From assembly GCA_045631965.1 (NCBI GenBank), contig JAZQVR010000010.1, positions 1 to 64,000 of the forward strand: DNA of 64,000 nt. The letters run 5' to 3'. The DNA is from Acutalibacteraceae bacterium (GTDB lineage: Bacteria; Bacillota; Clostridia; Oscillospirales; Acutalibacteraceae). Made by a program: the position numbers and the translations under genes. The notes below the pieces were generated by a model. That model was given only the letters and a program-made list of their open reading frames with translations, was not told the DNA's origin and made no database searches. This document shows positions 17,841 through 27,209 of the stretch, piece after piece (position 1 is the first letter of the stretch; each line of letters opens with the position of its first letter).

Positions 17841-19586
17841 ATGAAAATCGGTATAGACTTCGGCAGTACATATTCAACTATATCCAAATACAACAGCATT
17901 ACTGATAATGTGGAAGCACTCACAGCTTCAGAAGGTGCGCCTGCCAGTATTCCTTCAGTGGTCAGCATTTCCAAAAAAGGTGTCATTACCTGCGGCCACG
18001 GTGCAAAGGAACAGGTCGGTAAAAAATCCGTTCGTGTTTACGAAGCTTTTAAAATGCTGCTTAACGAGCCCAATCAGGAAATGCTCTGCCGTCGAGGCTA
18101 TGACGACGAGTACACTCCTCGCCACATTACCAAAACTTTTCTTGAATCCACATTACACGGCATAATGCAGCGCGAAAGCCGCGACAGCATCGAAAACATC
18201 GTTATTTGTGTCCCCGAAATATGGGGCAACAAGCTGAACACTCTTGACGGCCGTGCGATTTTACGCAACGTGCTCAAGCAGGAAATTGATATCCCGGTAA
18301 ACAACATTCAGGTTGTAACAGAGCCGGAAGCAGCCAGTGCTTTTATCGCTTACAACTACGAAAAAGAAACACAAAAGAATTTTAACGGCCACCTGTTGCT
18401 TATCGACTACGGCGGAGGCACATTGGACCTCACCCTTACCTGCGTAACATCCCAAGGTCAGGGTACTATGGAAATCGGCTACCGTGAAGGCGGCGGCGCA
18501 GGCGAAAACCATCCCAATAACCGCGGCAGCGGCGACATCGGCAAAGCCGGCATAGCATTTATGCAGGGCGTCGTACTGCGTGCATTACAGGATGAGGATT
18601 TATTAACCGACAACGATACCGTAGATTATACCGACCCGGAATTTGTCGCAGCCGTAAAAGATCTTGAAAGCCAGATGAAAAGTGCTGAACGAATCAAAGA
18701 CATCGAAGATGTTTTCGAAGAATTCGGCAGCTACCGTAATATAAAGAAAATTTTAGATGACGATCCCATTGATTTCATTTCATTGGAATATGACGGTGAG
18801 GAAGTAAGCGTCACTTACCAACATCTTTTCCGTGCATACAACGAAATTGTTGAGCCTGTTTTGTTTGAAGAAGTAAGCAAAATCAACCAGCTCGTTGAGC
18901 AACATATCGGTGAGGATCCCTGTCAGCCTGCCGCCGGTGTGCGTGACGATTTCAAAATCGCACTGGTTGGCGGTTTCAGTTCCTTCTATCTCGTTAAAAA
19001 GCAAATCGCAGAGATATACAATATTGACCCCAACTCTACCATCGACCTGCGAGTCAAGAACGTTTCTGCCGACAAGCAGGAGCAGGCTATATCGCTCGGT
19101 GCTGCATTATTGGCAGCAGGCAAGGTCGTTCTGCAGAAAACAGCACGCTACTCTATCGGAATTTACGCTTCCGGTTCCGACGGCCGCAAGAGACTGTTTT
19201 ACGGCATCAGATATCATCAGGCAGTCGACACAGGCAAGCCGTACTTCCTTTGCTTCAATGACGAAAACTCCGATGACCCTGCCAACCGTGTTACCTACGG
19301 TGCACTGCACGGAAACATCAAAACCTTCGCCATCGAGTTTACCGACCGTAAAAACCACGGCGGCCTTATGAACCTGAAGCCTGAAATGCTGGAACGCTTG
19401 CAGCGTCTGCCCGAAGAAGGTTTCTGGAATCTCGGCTTTTCTATGGACGAAAGCGATGTTATCTCGTTCCATATCGTGCCCAGACCCTTACCGGGAATAA
19501 GCACTACAGAAGAATCTATTGTAATTCCTTTAGACAGTTATTCAAAAATGTTTGATTTGACCGATGTAAAAGAGGTGACGACATAA
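17841..19586 (+). CDS. Hsp70-like (ASKHA superfamily) ATPase, nucleotide-binding domain only, with ~200-aa C-terminal extension; non-canonical DnaK paralog
   Basis: Phosphate-1 IGIDFGSTYST, phosphate-2 LLIDYGGGTLDLTL and adenosine-like IALVGGFSSFYLV motifs in Hsp70 order. No substrate-binding beta-sandwich domain. Start is taken at ATG 17841, which has the RBS GAGGAG. The upstream extension of the ORF overlaps the DUF1294 gene and was rejected. Confidence 0.7.
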   Translation: MKIGIDFGSTYSTISKYNSITDNVEALTASEGAPASIPSVVSISKKGVITCGHGAKEQVGKKSVRVYEAFKMLLNEPNQEMLCRRGYDDEYTPRHITKTFLESTLHGIMQRESRDSIENIVICVPEIWGNKLNTLDGRAILRNVLKQEIDIPVNNIQVVTEPEAASAFIAYNYEKETQKNFNGHLLLIDYGGGTLDLTLTCVTSQGQGTMEIGYREGGGAGENHPNNRGSGDIGKAGIAFMQGVVLRALQDEDLLTDNDTVDYTDPEFVAAVKDLESQMKSAERIKDIEDVFEEFGSYRNIKKILDDDPIDFISLEYDGEEVSVTYQHLFRAYNEIVEPVLFEEVSKINQLVEQHIGEDPCQPAAGVRDDFKIALVGGFSSFYLVKKQIAEIYNIDPNSTIDLRVKNVSADKQEQAISLGAALLAAGKVVLQKTARYSIGIYASGSDGRKRLFYGIRYHQAVDTGKPYFLCFNDENSDDPANRVTYGALHGNIKTFAIEFTDRKNHGGLMNLKPEMLERLQRLPEEGFWNLGFSMDESDVISFHIVPRPLPGISTTEESIVIPLDSYSKMFDLTDVKEVTT

Positions 19587-21419
19587 ATGAAATTCAATCG
19601 TTTACAGGCCTCTATCTCAAATAATGCCGACCAATCGCCGTCGCTTTATATGGCTCTTTGTGCGATAGAATCTTTGTTTGCCGATTTAGAAGAAAGCTAC
19701 GGTTCAGATATCAACCTTTGTCCGGTCGGCGATGAGCGCCTTCCTTCCAAGCTTGTATGGTTGTGCCGCGTTATCAATGAAATCTACCGCGACAATAGCG
19801 ACGAGCTTCAGCGTAACCGCAGCCGTCTTGATATGGCTATGGAAAAGCTGAAAGAAACTCAAAAAGAGCTTGAAAAATCTGCCGCTGTTTGTGAAGAGCT
19901 GGCGAAACTGAATTCAGAATATGCCGTATTACAGCAGAAGCTGGAGAGCAACGGTGCTGCGGCTGCAGAATACGAAAAAATTTCTGCCAAGTGCCGTCAG
20001 GCAAAGCAGACGTTGGAGCAGCTCGGCACTTTTGATTTTGTTGCAGCGGAAAATGAATTAAAGCAGCTGACTGCTGACATCGCTTTGAAAGAAGGCGAAA
20101 AGTCTGCATTATTAACCAAACTCAATCAAACCCGTGAGTGTGCAGATGAGCTTGAGCAAGAAGTTGACGAATTAAAGACTAAAGAACAGGATTTACGCAA
20201 TCAGCTTTCAGCTTTGCAAGGAAAAAAGAGCTCAATCGGCGAAGGAAACGAAAGCCTGCTCGATGAGATTGACAGGCTGACAACCAAGCTCGCCTCTTCT
20301 CAGGATGAATTAAGCGACCTGGTCGCAAAACGCGATGACATCCAGAACAACATACTTATACTTCAGGGAAAAATCGCAGAATTCCGCGACGAAAGCCTGA
20401 CAGCTAAGCACGCAGAGTTGGAAGCTGTAAAAGAAGAAGCAGAGCAGCTTGAGGACGAACTTAACGCATTTGAACAGGATTGCTGCAAAATAAAAGATAA
20501 GCGAAATCAGCTTCTTATAGATATCGCTCACAAAAAAGCCGAAAACGAATCATTAAACGAAAAGTTTGCAGACACTCAGCAGAAACGAGATAATCTTGAA
20601 AAAGAAAAGCTTTGTTTATCGGCAACTTTATCTGACAGTGTGCAGAAGCTCGAATCGCTTCAGACTGAGGTTGACGAGCTTAATCAGAAAAAGCTCCCCG
20701 AAGTCTGGGAACTTCAGACGCAGGAGCAGTGTCGCAAGACAGAATTAGAGCAAAAAGTAACTGAAGCAGAAAATCAGTTGATTGTTCTTCAGGAAGAAAT
20801 TGCAAAACTCAACGACCGTCTTCCGAAGCTTGAAGAAGAAGTAGAAAACAACCGTGTAGTCTATAAAGCTCTTGCCGCAAGCTGTGCAGTCAGCTCCGGC
20901 GAGCTTGAAAGCCTTGAAAAGCAGATTGAAGAGCTTCGCAACAATACGGATGAACAGAAGCTTGTGGTTTATCGCAAGCAGCTGGAAGAAAAGCAGCAGG
21001 AGCTGGAAAACATTCAGCTTGAGTGTGAACGGATGAAGCAAGAAACTGCAGATCAAGGAATAAAACTCGAACAGTTACAAGAAGAAAGAGCAAGACTGCG
21101 CGACCTTAAAAACCGCCACGAACAAGGTGTAATGGTTACGGAAAAGCAGCTTCGTGAGCTTGAAACCGTTGTCAACGAGGAATACATACATGAAGTAATC
21201 TCGGCAGAAGAACGCATCAAGCTTCTGGAAAATGTACGCAGCAAATTATCCGCCTCCATCACAAATATGCAAAAAATCTTAGGCAAAGCTCCTGTTCAGG
21301 AACCGATTTCATTGGAAGACCAACTGAAATTTGAGTTACGTGAGCTTCGAATCAGAACCGATGATTTGCGTTGTTCTCTTGTAGAATGTGCTCACAGCCT
21401 TAAATTGGAGGAACGCTAA
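19587..21419 (+). CDS. Large coiled-coil protein (610 aa; ~90-aa N-terminal globular region then ~500 aa SMC-like heptad repeats)
   Basis: Continuous E/K/L/Q-rich heptad sequence. Its start codon abuts the Hsp70-like stop (TAAATG), which suggests translational coupling. Confidence 0.55.
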   Translation: MKFNRLQASISNNADQSPSLYMALCAIESLFADLEESYGSDINLCPVGDERLPSKLVWLCRVINEIYRDNSDELQRNRSRLDMAMEKLKETQKELEKSAAVCEELAKLNSEYAVLQQKLESNGAAAAEYEKISAKCRQAKQTLEQLGTFDFVAAENELKQLTADIALKEGEKSALLTKLNQTRECADELEQEVDELKTKEQDLRNQLSALQGKKSSIGEGNESLLDEIDRLTTKLASSQDELSDLVAKRDDIQNNILILQGKIAEFRDESLTAKHAELEAVKEEAEQLEDELNAFEQDCCKIKDKRNQLLIDIAHKKAENESLNEKFADTQQKRDNLEKEKLCLSATLSDSVQKLESLQTEVDELNQKKLPEVWELQTQEQCRKTELEQKVTEAENQLIVLQEEIAKLNDRLPKLEEEVENNRVVYKALAASCAVSSGELESLEKQIEELRNNTDEQKLVVYRKQLEEKQQELENIQLECERMKQETADQGIKLEQLQEERARLRDLKNRHEQGVMVTEKQLRELETVVNEEYIHEVISAEERIKLLENVRSKLSASITNMQKILGKAPVQEPISLEDQLKFELRELRIRTDDLRCSLVECAHSLKLEER

Positions 21420-21917
21420 ATGAAATGCCTTGTTTGCGGCAAAGATTTCGATTCATCCGAATGTCCCAGATGCCATTTCCCTGATGTTCAGCTTATAGGT
21501 GATCGTGAAGAAGCATTAAAAAAAATGCTGCCCACAATCAACCAATACAGAAAAAATTTTGCCGATGCGGTAAAGCTCTCCCTTATCACCTACCGCTGGA
21601 AAGATCAGGACGGTTATCTGGTGCTCAACAATAAAGATGTGACACCCATAGGTACGGCAGAAGAGTTGATGAAATCAGAAAAATGGCTGGAAACCAAATT
21701 TGCCCGTATTGCCGACAGCGACAAGATTACGGTTACTGTCTGCATCGAAATGGGTGACGATAAAAAGAACGTTGAAATCTCCGTTCCCAATTTAATGAAA
21801 GCGGAGTTGCAACAGTTGGGTGCCCGTGTTGACGACAGCTTCAACCTCAGCTTGATGTTGCGTAACAACACCGAAAAGCCCACAATATCCCAACCGGTCG
21901 ATTTATTTGCCGGTTAA
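21420..21917 (+). CDS. Zn-ribbon protein (165 aa)
   Basis: N-terminal CLVCGKDFDSSECPRCH ribbon. Its start abuts the upstream stop (TAAATG). Confidence 0.5.
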   Translation: MKCLVCGKDFDSSECPRCHFPDVQLIGDREEALKKMLPTINQYRKNFADAVKLSLITYRWKDQDGYLVLNNKDVTPIGTAEELMKSEKWLETKFARIADSDKITVTVCIEMGDDKKNVEISVPNLMKAELQQLGARVDDSFNLSLMLRNNTEKPTISQPVDLFAG

Positions 21918-21949
21918 CGGTTGTAAAACGACAGAAAGGAGCGTGAGCC

Positions 21950-23608
21950 GTGTTTTCATCCAAAGATTTGATATCGTTTGTCTTTGCCAACGAAAACGAT
22001 ACATATTATGGCGATGATTTACTGAAAAGAGATTTAAATCAATATTTGTGGGAACGGCTCCACGAAAACTACGAATCGGTTTACTTTCTGAGTGCTGAAG
22101 ACGACAGCTTCCGTGTACGTTCATACGGTGATCTGAGATGTAATGAATACACGCCGAAAAAGAAAAAAATATTCGGTTTGCTGGGCAGCAGTTCAGACCA
22201 AAGCGATCTGGGCAACTGGATTCAGCGGCAACTGTGTGCAAAATCGGATTCCACGGCAGCTTTTGTCTGCTCTCTTGATGATTTTTGTTCGGTTTTATCC
22301 GACCCGAAATGGTATCCGACACTTGAAAGTATTGCCGAAGATAAAAAGCGTACAGGTATTTTTGTGCTGACCGCTTCCGCTACGGCAGAGAAATCAGCCA
22401 ATATGTTATTGACAAGCCCCGTATTCGAAAAGCTTCACGAAACCGCAATTACGGATTTGCGTGACGGTGCCCCAAGAGATTTATACGGCACACTCAAAAA
22501 ACGCAAGTGGGACAATTGTATTTTCCTCAACAGCTTCACCTGGGAACGTGTTCACGATTTGTTGCTGCATCTGGTTGTCGAGTATCCCGACCGTTACGAA
22601 AGCTGCGAAAAGCTGGATACGATGTCGGAATATCTGTACACATATTTGCGTGACCCGGATTTTGCCCGTGAAGAGTTTTTGTTCGCAGAAGAATACGGCT
22701 TCGGATATCCGATGTACGAAGAGCTGTTTACCCGACTCAAAAATGAGCGCAACTGGAAAAATTTCGAAAAAAAAGTTGCTGCTTTTGAAAAGAGTGAAAG
22801 GAAACGTCAATGCACGGACTTATCGCCAAACGACGTTGCCGTGTTGCGTTCCCCGAACTCTTATGCGGGAAGATGTATGATAATCCGGTTACCCGACTGG
22901 CTCAACGATAACCCGCAGGAAGCAGAAAAGGCTCAGGCTACGCTTCAGAGTATATATTCCGAAGTTATTGCACCCAAGAGCAAGGTGGAAAATCCGGAAA
23001 TTATATCCTTTGCCGAAAAGCTGATCAACCGCCTCGATACGGTTGCAGTCGGCGATGCAGAATCTTACAATTTTGTATTGAGCACTTTGAAATTCTGCGT
23101 CGACCACATTTATTCACCGCATAACGATGAAAAAACTGCCGGCATTTTGTCAATCCTCCAAAAGAAGCAAGATGCCATCGGAATTTTCGATCAGCATTTT
23201 ATGACGCAAAGAAATTTAAAATTAATGCAGATATCTGTAAACGAAGGATCGATTCAAAGCATTACGCTTCAACAGCTGAATGCAAATTTCTATATTTTGG
23301 ATCAGGCAAAGAAAAAATTTGTAGATTTAATAGACTCTATGGAGCTTAATTTGGAAATGTCTGCAAAGTCATCATCTATCTCCGAGGTTCTGGAGACTCT
23401 TACGCTTGAAATTAAAAATATCGAAAAAAATCTCGCCGACATTCCGAAAAACAAACCGTTATCGGATGTTGCAGTAATCGAGCCGTTGACGCCTATGCCC
23501 GAACCCGAACCCGAAATATATCCCGAGCCAGAACCACCTGAAAAAGAGCAAGAGGATATATTTGTAATAACAGATGAAGATCGCAACTTCATTCCCCCTA
23601 TCAGATAA
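21950..23608 (+). CDS. Hypothetical protein (552 aa) with acidic Pro/Glu-rich C-terminal tail
   Basis: GTG start with the RBS AAAGGAG. No recognisable catalytic motifs. C-terminal PMPEPEPEIYPEPEPPEKEQED followed by a short hydrophobic terminal motif. Confidence 0.45.
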   Translation: MFSSKDLISFVFANENDTYYGDDLLKRDLNQYLWERLHENYESVYFLSAEDDSFRVRSYGDLRCNEYTPKKKKIFGLLGSSSDQSDLGNWIQRQLCAKSDSTAAFVCSLDDFCSVLSDPKWYPTLESIAEDKKRTGIFVLTASATAEKSANMLLTSPVFEKLHETAITDLRDGAPRDLYGTLKKRKWDNCIFLNSFTWERVHDLLLHLVVEYPDRYESCEKLDTMSEYLYTYLRDPDFAREEFLFAEEYGFGYPMYEELFTRLKNERNWKNFEKKVAAFEKSERKRQCTDLSPNDVAVLRSPNSYAGRCMIIRLPDWLNDNPQEAEKAQATLQSIYSEVIAPKSKVENPEIISFAEKLINRLDTVAVGDAESYNFVLSTLKFCVDHIYSPHNDEKTAGILSILQKKQDAIGIFDQHFMTQRNLKLMQISVNEGSIQSITLQQLNANFYILDQAKKKFVDLIDSMELNLEMSAKSSSISEVLETLTLEIKNIEKNLADIPKNKPLSDVAVIEPLTPMPEPEPEIYPEPEPPEKEQEDIFVITDEDRNFIPPIR

Positions 23609-23699
23609 TTGTAAAAAACAGATTCTATCTGTTAATAAATTATAATCAAAAATTATGCAGCTTTGCTGTGCGGGGTGTTACCCCGGAAAGGAGAAATAT

Positions 23700-24992
23700 A
23701 TGCCAAAACCTAATCGTCAGAACCAAACAAAAGCCGGCGGAGGTCGTTCCTCTAACCCCTTCATCAACTGGTTGGAAAATCGTAAGGAGCGTCGTCGCCA
23801 GGCAGAGGATGAGGCTGCCCGACTGATTACCAACAAAATAGCCGAGAATGAAAACATCATTGTCGACAAGCTCAGTTCTATCGACTTTTACAACAGCAGA
23901 TTACCTAAGGCAGTATTGGATGCCAAATCAAGAGAGGAACAGCCCTGCGGTGACCTTGAATATGCTGCTCGCGGTATTATCAATATGCTTCGCAAGAATC
24001 CCCAGACCATAAAGATGGACATCCGCAAGTTTGACCAGAAGTTATTGACATTGGTACTTCTCTTCAAGCAGACTGTTGAACAGGGCGATGTACGTGCTGC
24101 TTATGCTGCAAAAGGCGCTATCGTACGAGCTATCGCAGATATCCGCTGCCGTATTCCTCAGGATCAGCCCGAACTGGCAACAATGTTCGTAGAAGCTAAC
24201 TCAAAGTATCTTGATCAGTGGATTACTTTGGTATTATTGGCACAGGTTGCTGACCGCACCAAGCAGAACGCTGATACACACAGAGCAAGATTCGAACAGG
24301 CACTCAATCGCCATGAAGAGGATGTTGCTGAATTCCATAAGCGTATCCGTGAGGATGATGCTTTGCTTCTTGCTTTCCAGAAGCTTGTAGACCATACCTC
24401 AACCCAGAATCGTACCGAATGGGATAAAAATGAGCGCGATGTTCACCGTCTGATGGTTGAACGCCGTATGGAAAAAGCAAATCTTGATATAAACAACATT
24501 CTCTTGCAGCAATCCGAAATGGATCTGAGCGCCAAGGAAATGCAGGTAGAAATGCTTTATTCCAAGGTTGCAGCATTACCTATAGTTACCGACCCCGACC
24601 TGATGAGCAAATATCAGGAAAGCATCGACGAGCTGTTCAAGCAGTTGGCTGAAAGCGATGCACAGATTGATGAAACTCTCAAATCAATGGATGAAATTGA
24701 AGGTAATATCCAGCAGTTGAATGTCGCACCCGGCGCTGCACGTGCTATGGAAATAGCTGCCGAACAAGCTGAAAAAGTTCTTGCAGAAATCACCAAGCTG
24801 CAAAACGACCAAGCAGGCAAAAATACTCTTCACGCAAAGAAAATGCGTGAAGCACTGGGCATTCTTACCGAAGAGCAGCTTGCTGAGCAGAAGCGTCAGG
24901 CTGACCTTGAAGTACAGCGTGCCGCAGAAATTATGAGAGAACAGATGGAAGTGCAAGAACAAGAGCAAGAGCAGGAAATGCTGATAAACTGA
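23700..24992 (+). CDS. Hypothetical all-alpha-helical protein (431 aa), basic N-terminal region and acidic Glu/Gln-rich C-terminus
   Basis: Start at ATG 23700, which has the RBS GGAAAGGAG. The sequence is helix-prone throughout and ends MREQMEVQEQEQEQEMLIN. Confidence 0.45.
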   Translation: MPKPNRQNQTKAGGGRSSNPFINWLENRKERRRQAEDEAARLITNKIAENENIIVDKLSSIDFYNSRLPKAVLDAKSREEQPCGDLEYAARGIINMLRKNPQTIKMDIRKFDQKLLTLVLLFKQTVEQGDVRAAYAAKGAIVRAIADIRCRIPQDQPELATMFVEANSKYLDQWITLVLLAQVADRTKQNADTHRARFEQALNRHEEDVAEFHKRIREDDALLLAFQKLVDHTSTQNRTEWDKNERDVHRLMVERRMEKANLDINNILLQQSEMDLSAKEMQVEMLYSKVAALPIVTDPDLMSKYQESIDELFKQLAESDAQIDETLKSMDEIEGNIQQLNVAPGAARAMEIAAEQAEKVLAEITKLQNDQAGKNTLHAKKMREALGILTEEQLAEQKRQADLEVQRAAEIMREQMEVQEQEQEQEMLIN

Positions 24993-25029
24993 TACAGTTT
25001 TGTATTGTCTAATGAAAGGAGAGTCCCAT

Positions 25030-25764
25030 ATGGCGATTATCGATACAATCCACGAAACAAAAAACACCCTTGAAGAACTCAAGAGAAAATACAAATTCAG
25101 AAAAGCACGTATGGCACACAAAGATGCCGTTGAGCTTCAGGTTACATTAGCAAAGTGCAGAGGTAAGCTCGAAATCTGCAAAAACGATTTTAACCGTACA
25201 ATCAAAACCCAAAGCAGAAACATCAACGCCGGCAAAAAAATCGGCGCAGATACTCTCATTCAGGAGCAGATTCTTTGGGATGCCGCACTCGGCTATATGC
25301 TGGTACGTGATGCAATCTTTTCACTTGAAACAATCAATTCCTATGATTCCGTTTCACACGCATACGAAATGCTCGATGCTGCAGTAAAACAGATGTCCGG
25401 CAAAAAGAGCATTTTCCCCGTAGCAAAGCCCGGCTCTGCTAAAGAGCGTAACGCTTACGGCTACATAAATTCCTCTGCTGCACAGAAAGAAAAAGAGGAG
25501 CTGTTAGACGGATTTTTCGAGGCGCTGAAGCTTGACGGTGATATTGAAGCTCACCTTGCCAGCGCACGTATTCCCGGCGCAACCAACGCAGAGTTACGCC
25601 GTGCATATGTAGATGATAAGCTTTCTGACGGCGAGTTAGATTCTGACCTTGACGATTATATGGCTCGCCTCAATGCCGTTGACGATGCCGCAACACCCGC
25701 CGCAAACTTTGACCAGAATATGGATACCCTTATGGATATCCATCCGCCCAAAGATTCACTGTAA
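25030..25764 (+). CDS. Hypothetical helical protein (245 aa), basic N-terminal half and acidic C-terminal half; candidate ESCRT-III/PspA-superfamily-like protein with a MIM-like C-terminal helix
   Basis: The N-terminus MAIIDTI...KRKYKFRKARMAHK is basic. The C-terminus SDGELDSDLDDYMARLNAVDD is an acidic amphipathic segment resembling MIT-interacting motifs. Length and charge asymmetry are typical of ESCRT-III/PspA family members. This is inference only. Confidence 0.4.
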   Translation: MAIIDTIHETKNTLEELKRKYKFRKARMAHKDAVELQVTLAKCRGKLEICKNDFNRTIKTQSRNINAGKKIGADTLIQEQILWDAALGYMLVRDAIFSLETINSYDSVSHAYEMLDAAVKQMSGKKSIFPVAKPGSAKERNAYGYINSSAAQKEKEELLDGFFEALKLDGDIEAHLASARIPGATNAELRRAYVDDKLSDGELDSDLDDYMARLNAVDDAATPAANFDQNMDTLMDIHPPKDSL

Positions 25765-25779
25765 GAAGGAGATATTACT

Positions 25780-27165
25780 ATGGCATGGGATAACAGATAC
25801 GACATCAGCGGTACCGGCTATACACAATTAATGGATGAAAAAACCACGCGTTACACTAACCTTGTACGCAAGGCTGAACAGATTAACCGTGATCATGAAG
25901 GCAAGCCCACAAAGGAAGAGGCAAGCTATTATTATGAGGCTGCAAAAATCTGCGAAGAGATTATGAATATGAATCTTAAGCTCAGAGCAATTTACGAGCA
26001 GTGGAAATATCGCAAAACAGATTGTGAAGACAGAATAAGACAGATTACCAACATCCTCGCACCCAAGCCCGTTGCTCCCGAGCGTGAGCCTGTCGCTGGG
26101 CGCAACACTCAGAGAAATTCCGATTCTGACAAGCAGGCTGCAGATTCAAAAGCTCCTACTACCAGCAAGTCCGGCTTCACTACCGAATTTGCATCCAAAG
26201 AAGTTCCTGTAGAAATGATTGAAAAGTGGTTCAAGGATGTTTCCGACAAGGGCTTTGAATATGTTGTCGGCAGAACTGAATTGAAAGAACGCCTTATGAA
26301 TGAGGCTGCAGGCTTCGGTTGGGATAAGGTTGACTCCGCATTGGATATCAACCCTGTTCAGTGCTATTTCCTCTACGGCCCTCCCGGTACAGGTAAGACA
26401 CACCTCATCAAGGCTTTTGCTGCCGAGCTCAAGAAGAAGGGCTTCAACTTTATGCAGTTGACAGGCAGCGATATCCACAACAGCTATGTTGGCGTAGCAG
26501 AAAAAATCGTTGCTGCAGCTTTCAACGTTGCAACAGAAAAAGAGCCCTGCCTTATCTTTATCGATGAGATTGATAACCTCTGTGTCAGCAGAGACGGCAA
26601 GGCAGAAGGCCACGAGCAGCGTCTTACGGTTTCATTCCTTGAGGCATACAATAAGTTTAAAGAATCAGGCAAGCGCGTAATTTTCATCGGCGCTACCAAC
26701 CATCCCGGTAAAGTTGACGAAGCTATGCTTGACCGTGTAAGCCTCATCAAAATTCCGTTACCCGAAGCAGAGGACAGAATCGGTTATTTCGACAGAATGA
26801 TCAACGGAGTCGGCGAAAACAAGGGTATGGTTAAACTTACTCTCGAAGAAGGCTTCACATTCGAAGAAATGGCTGACGCTACAGATAACCACAGCTATCG
26901 TGACCTCGACCGTTTGAAGAACTCAATGCTCACCAAGCTCAAGAGTCAGGCTATTGCCGAGTATACTGTGCTTGATGAGGACGGTAAGGTAGACCAGCAG
27001 GCTACCGATGCAAAGGCAAGTGAAGCTATCATCAGCGGTGAGATTATGCTTACCCGCGAGCTCTTCGCACAAACCCAGAAAGAAAATCTGCCCAGTGACA
27101 AGACAAAGAGCCGTCAGGAGCTCAAAGAATTTGAAGAGCGTGTTTCGGCTATTGCAAATGAGTAA
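25780..27165 (+). CDS. AAA+ ATPase of the Vps4/katanin/spastin ('meiotic') clade with a putative N-terminal MIT-like three-helix domain and an S/T/K/P-rich linker
   Basis: Walker A YGPPGTGKTH and Walker B LIFIDEIDNLCVSR closely match Vps4 IIFIDEIDSLCGSR. The sensor-1 and second-region-of-homology segment IFIGATNHPGKVDEAMLDRVSLIKIPLPE matches Vps4 [30 protein letters not shown]. Residues ~20-95 (TTRYTNLVRKAEQ...EEASYYYEAAKICEEIM...LRAIYEQWKYRK) are predicted as three helices reminiscent of MIT. Confidence 0.8.
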   Translation: MAWDNRYDISGTGYTQLMDEKTTRYTNLVRKAEQINRDHEGKPTKEEASYYYEAAKICEEIMNMNLKLRAIYEQWKYRKTDCEDRIRQITNILAPKPVAPEREPVAGRNTQRNSDSDKQAADSKAPTTSKSGFTTEFASKEVPVEMIEKWFKDVSDKGFEYVVGRTELKERLMNEAAGFGWDKVDSALDINPVQCYFLYGPPGTGKTHLIKAFAAELKKKGFNFMQLTGSDIHNSYVGVAEKIVAAAFNVATEKEPCLIFIDEIDNLCVSRDGKAEGHEQRLTVSFLEAYNKFKESGKRVIFIGATNHPGKVDEAMLDRVSLIKIPLPEAEDRIGYFDRMINGVGENKGMVKLTLEEGFTFEEMADATDNHSYRDLDRLKNSMLTKLKSQAIAEYTVLDEDGKVDQQATDAKASEAIISGEIMLTRELFAQTQKENLPSDKTKSRQELKEFEERVSAIANE

Positions 27166-27209
27166 AAATTCAAGTTCACCCAAAATGCTGCTGAAAAGGA
27201 GTGTGTGAT

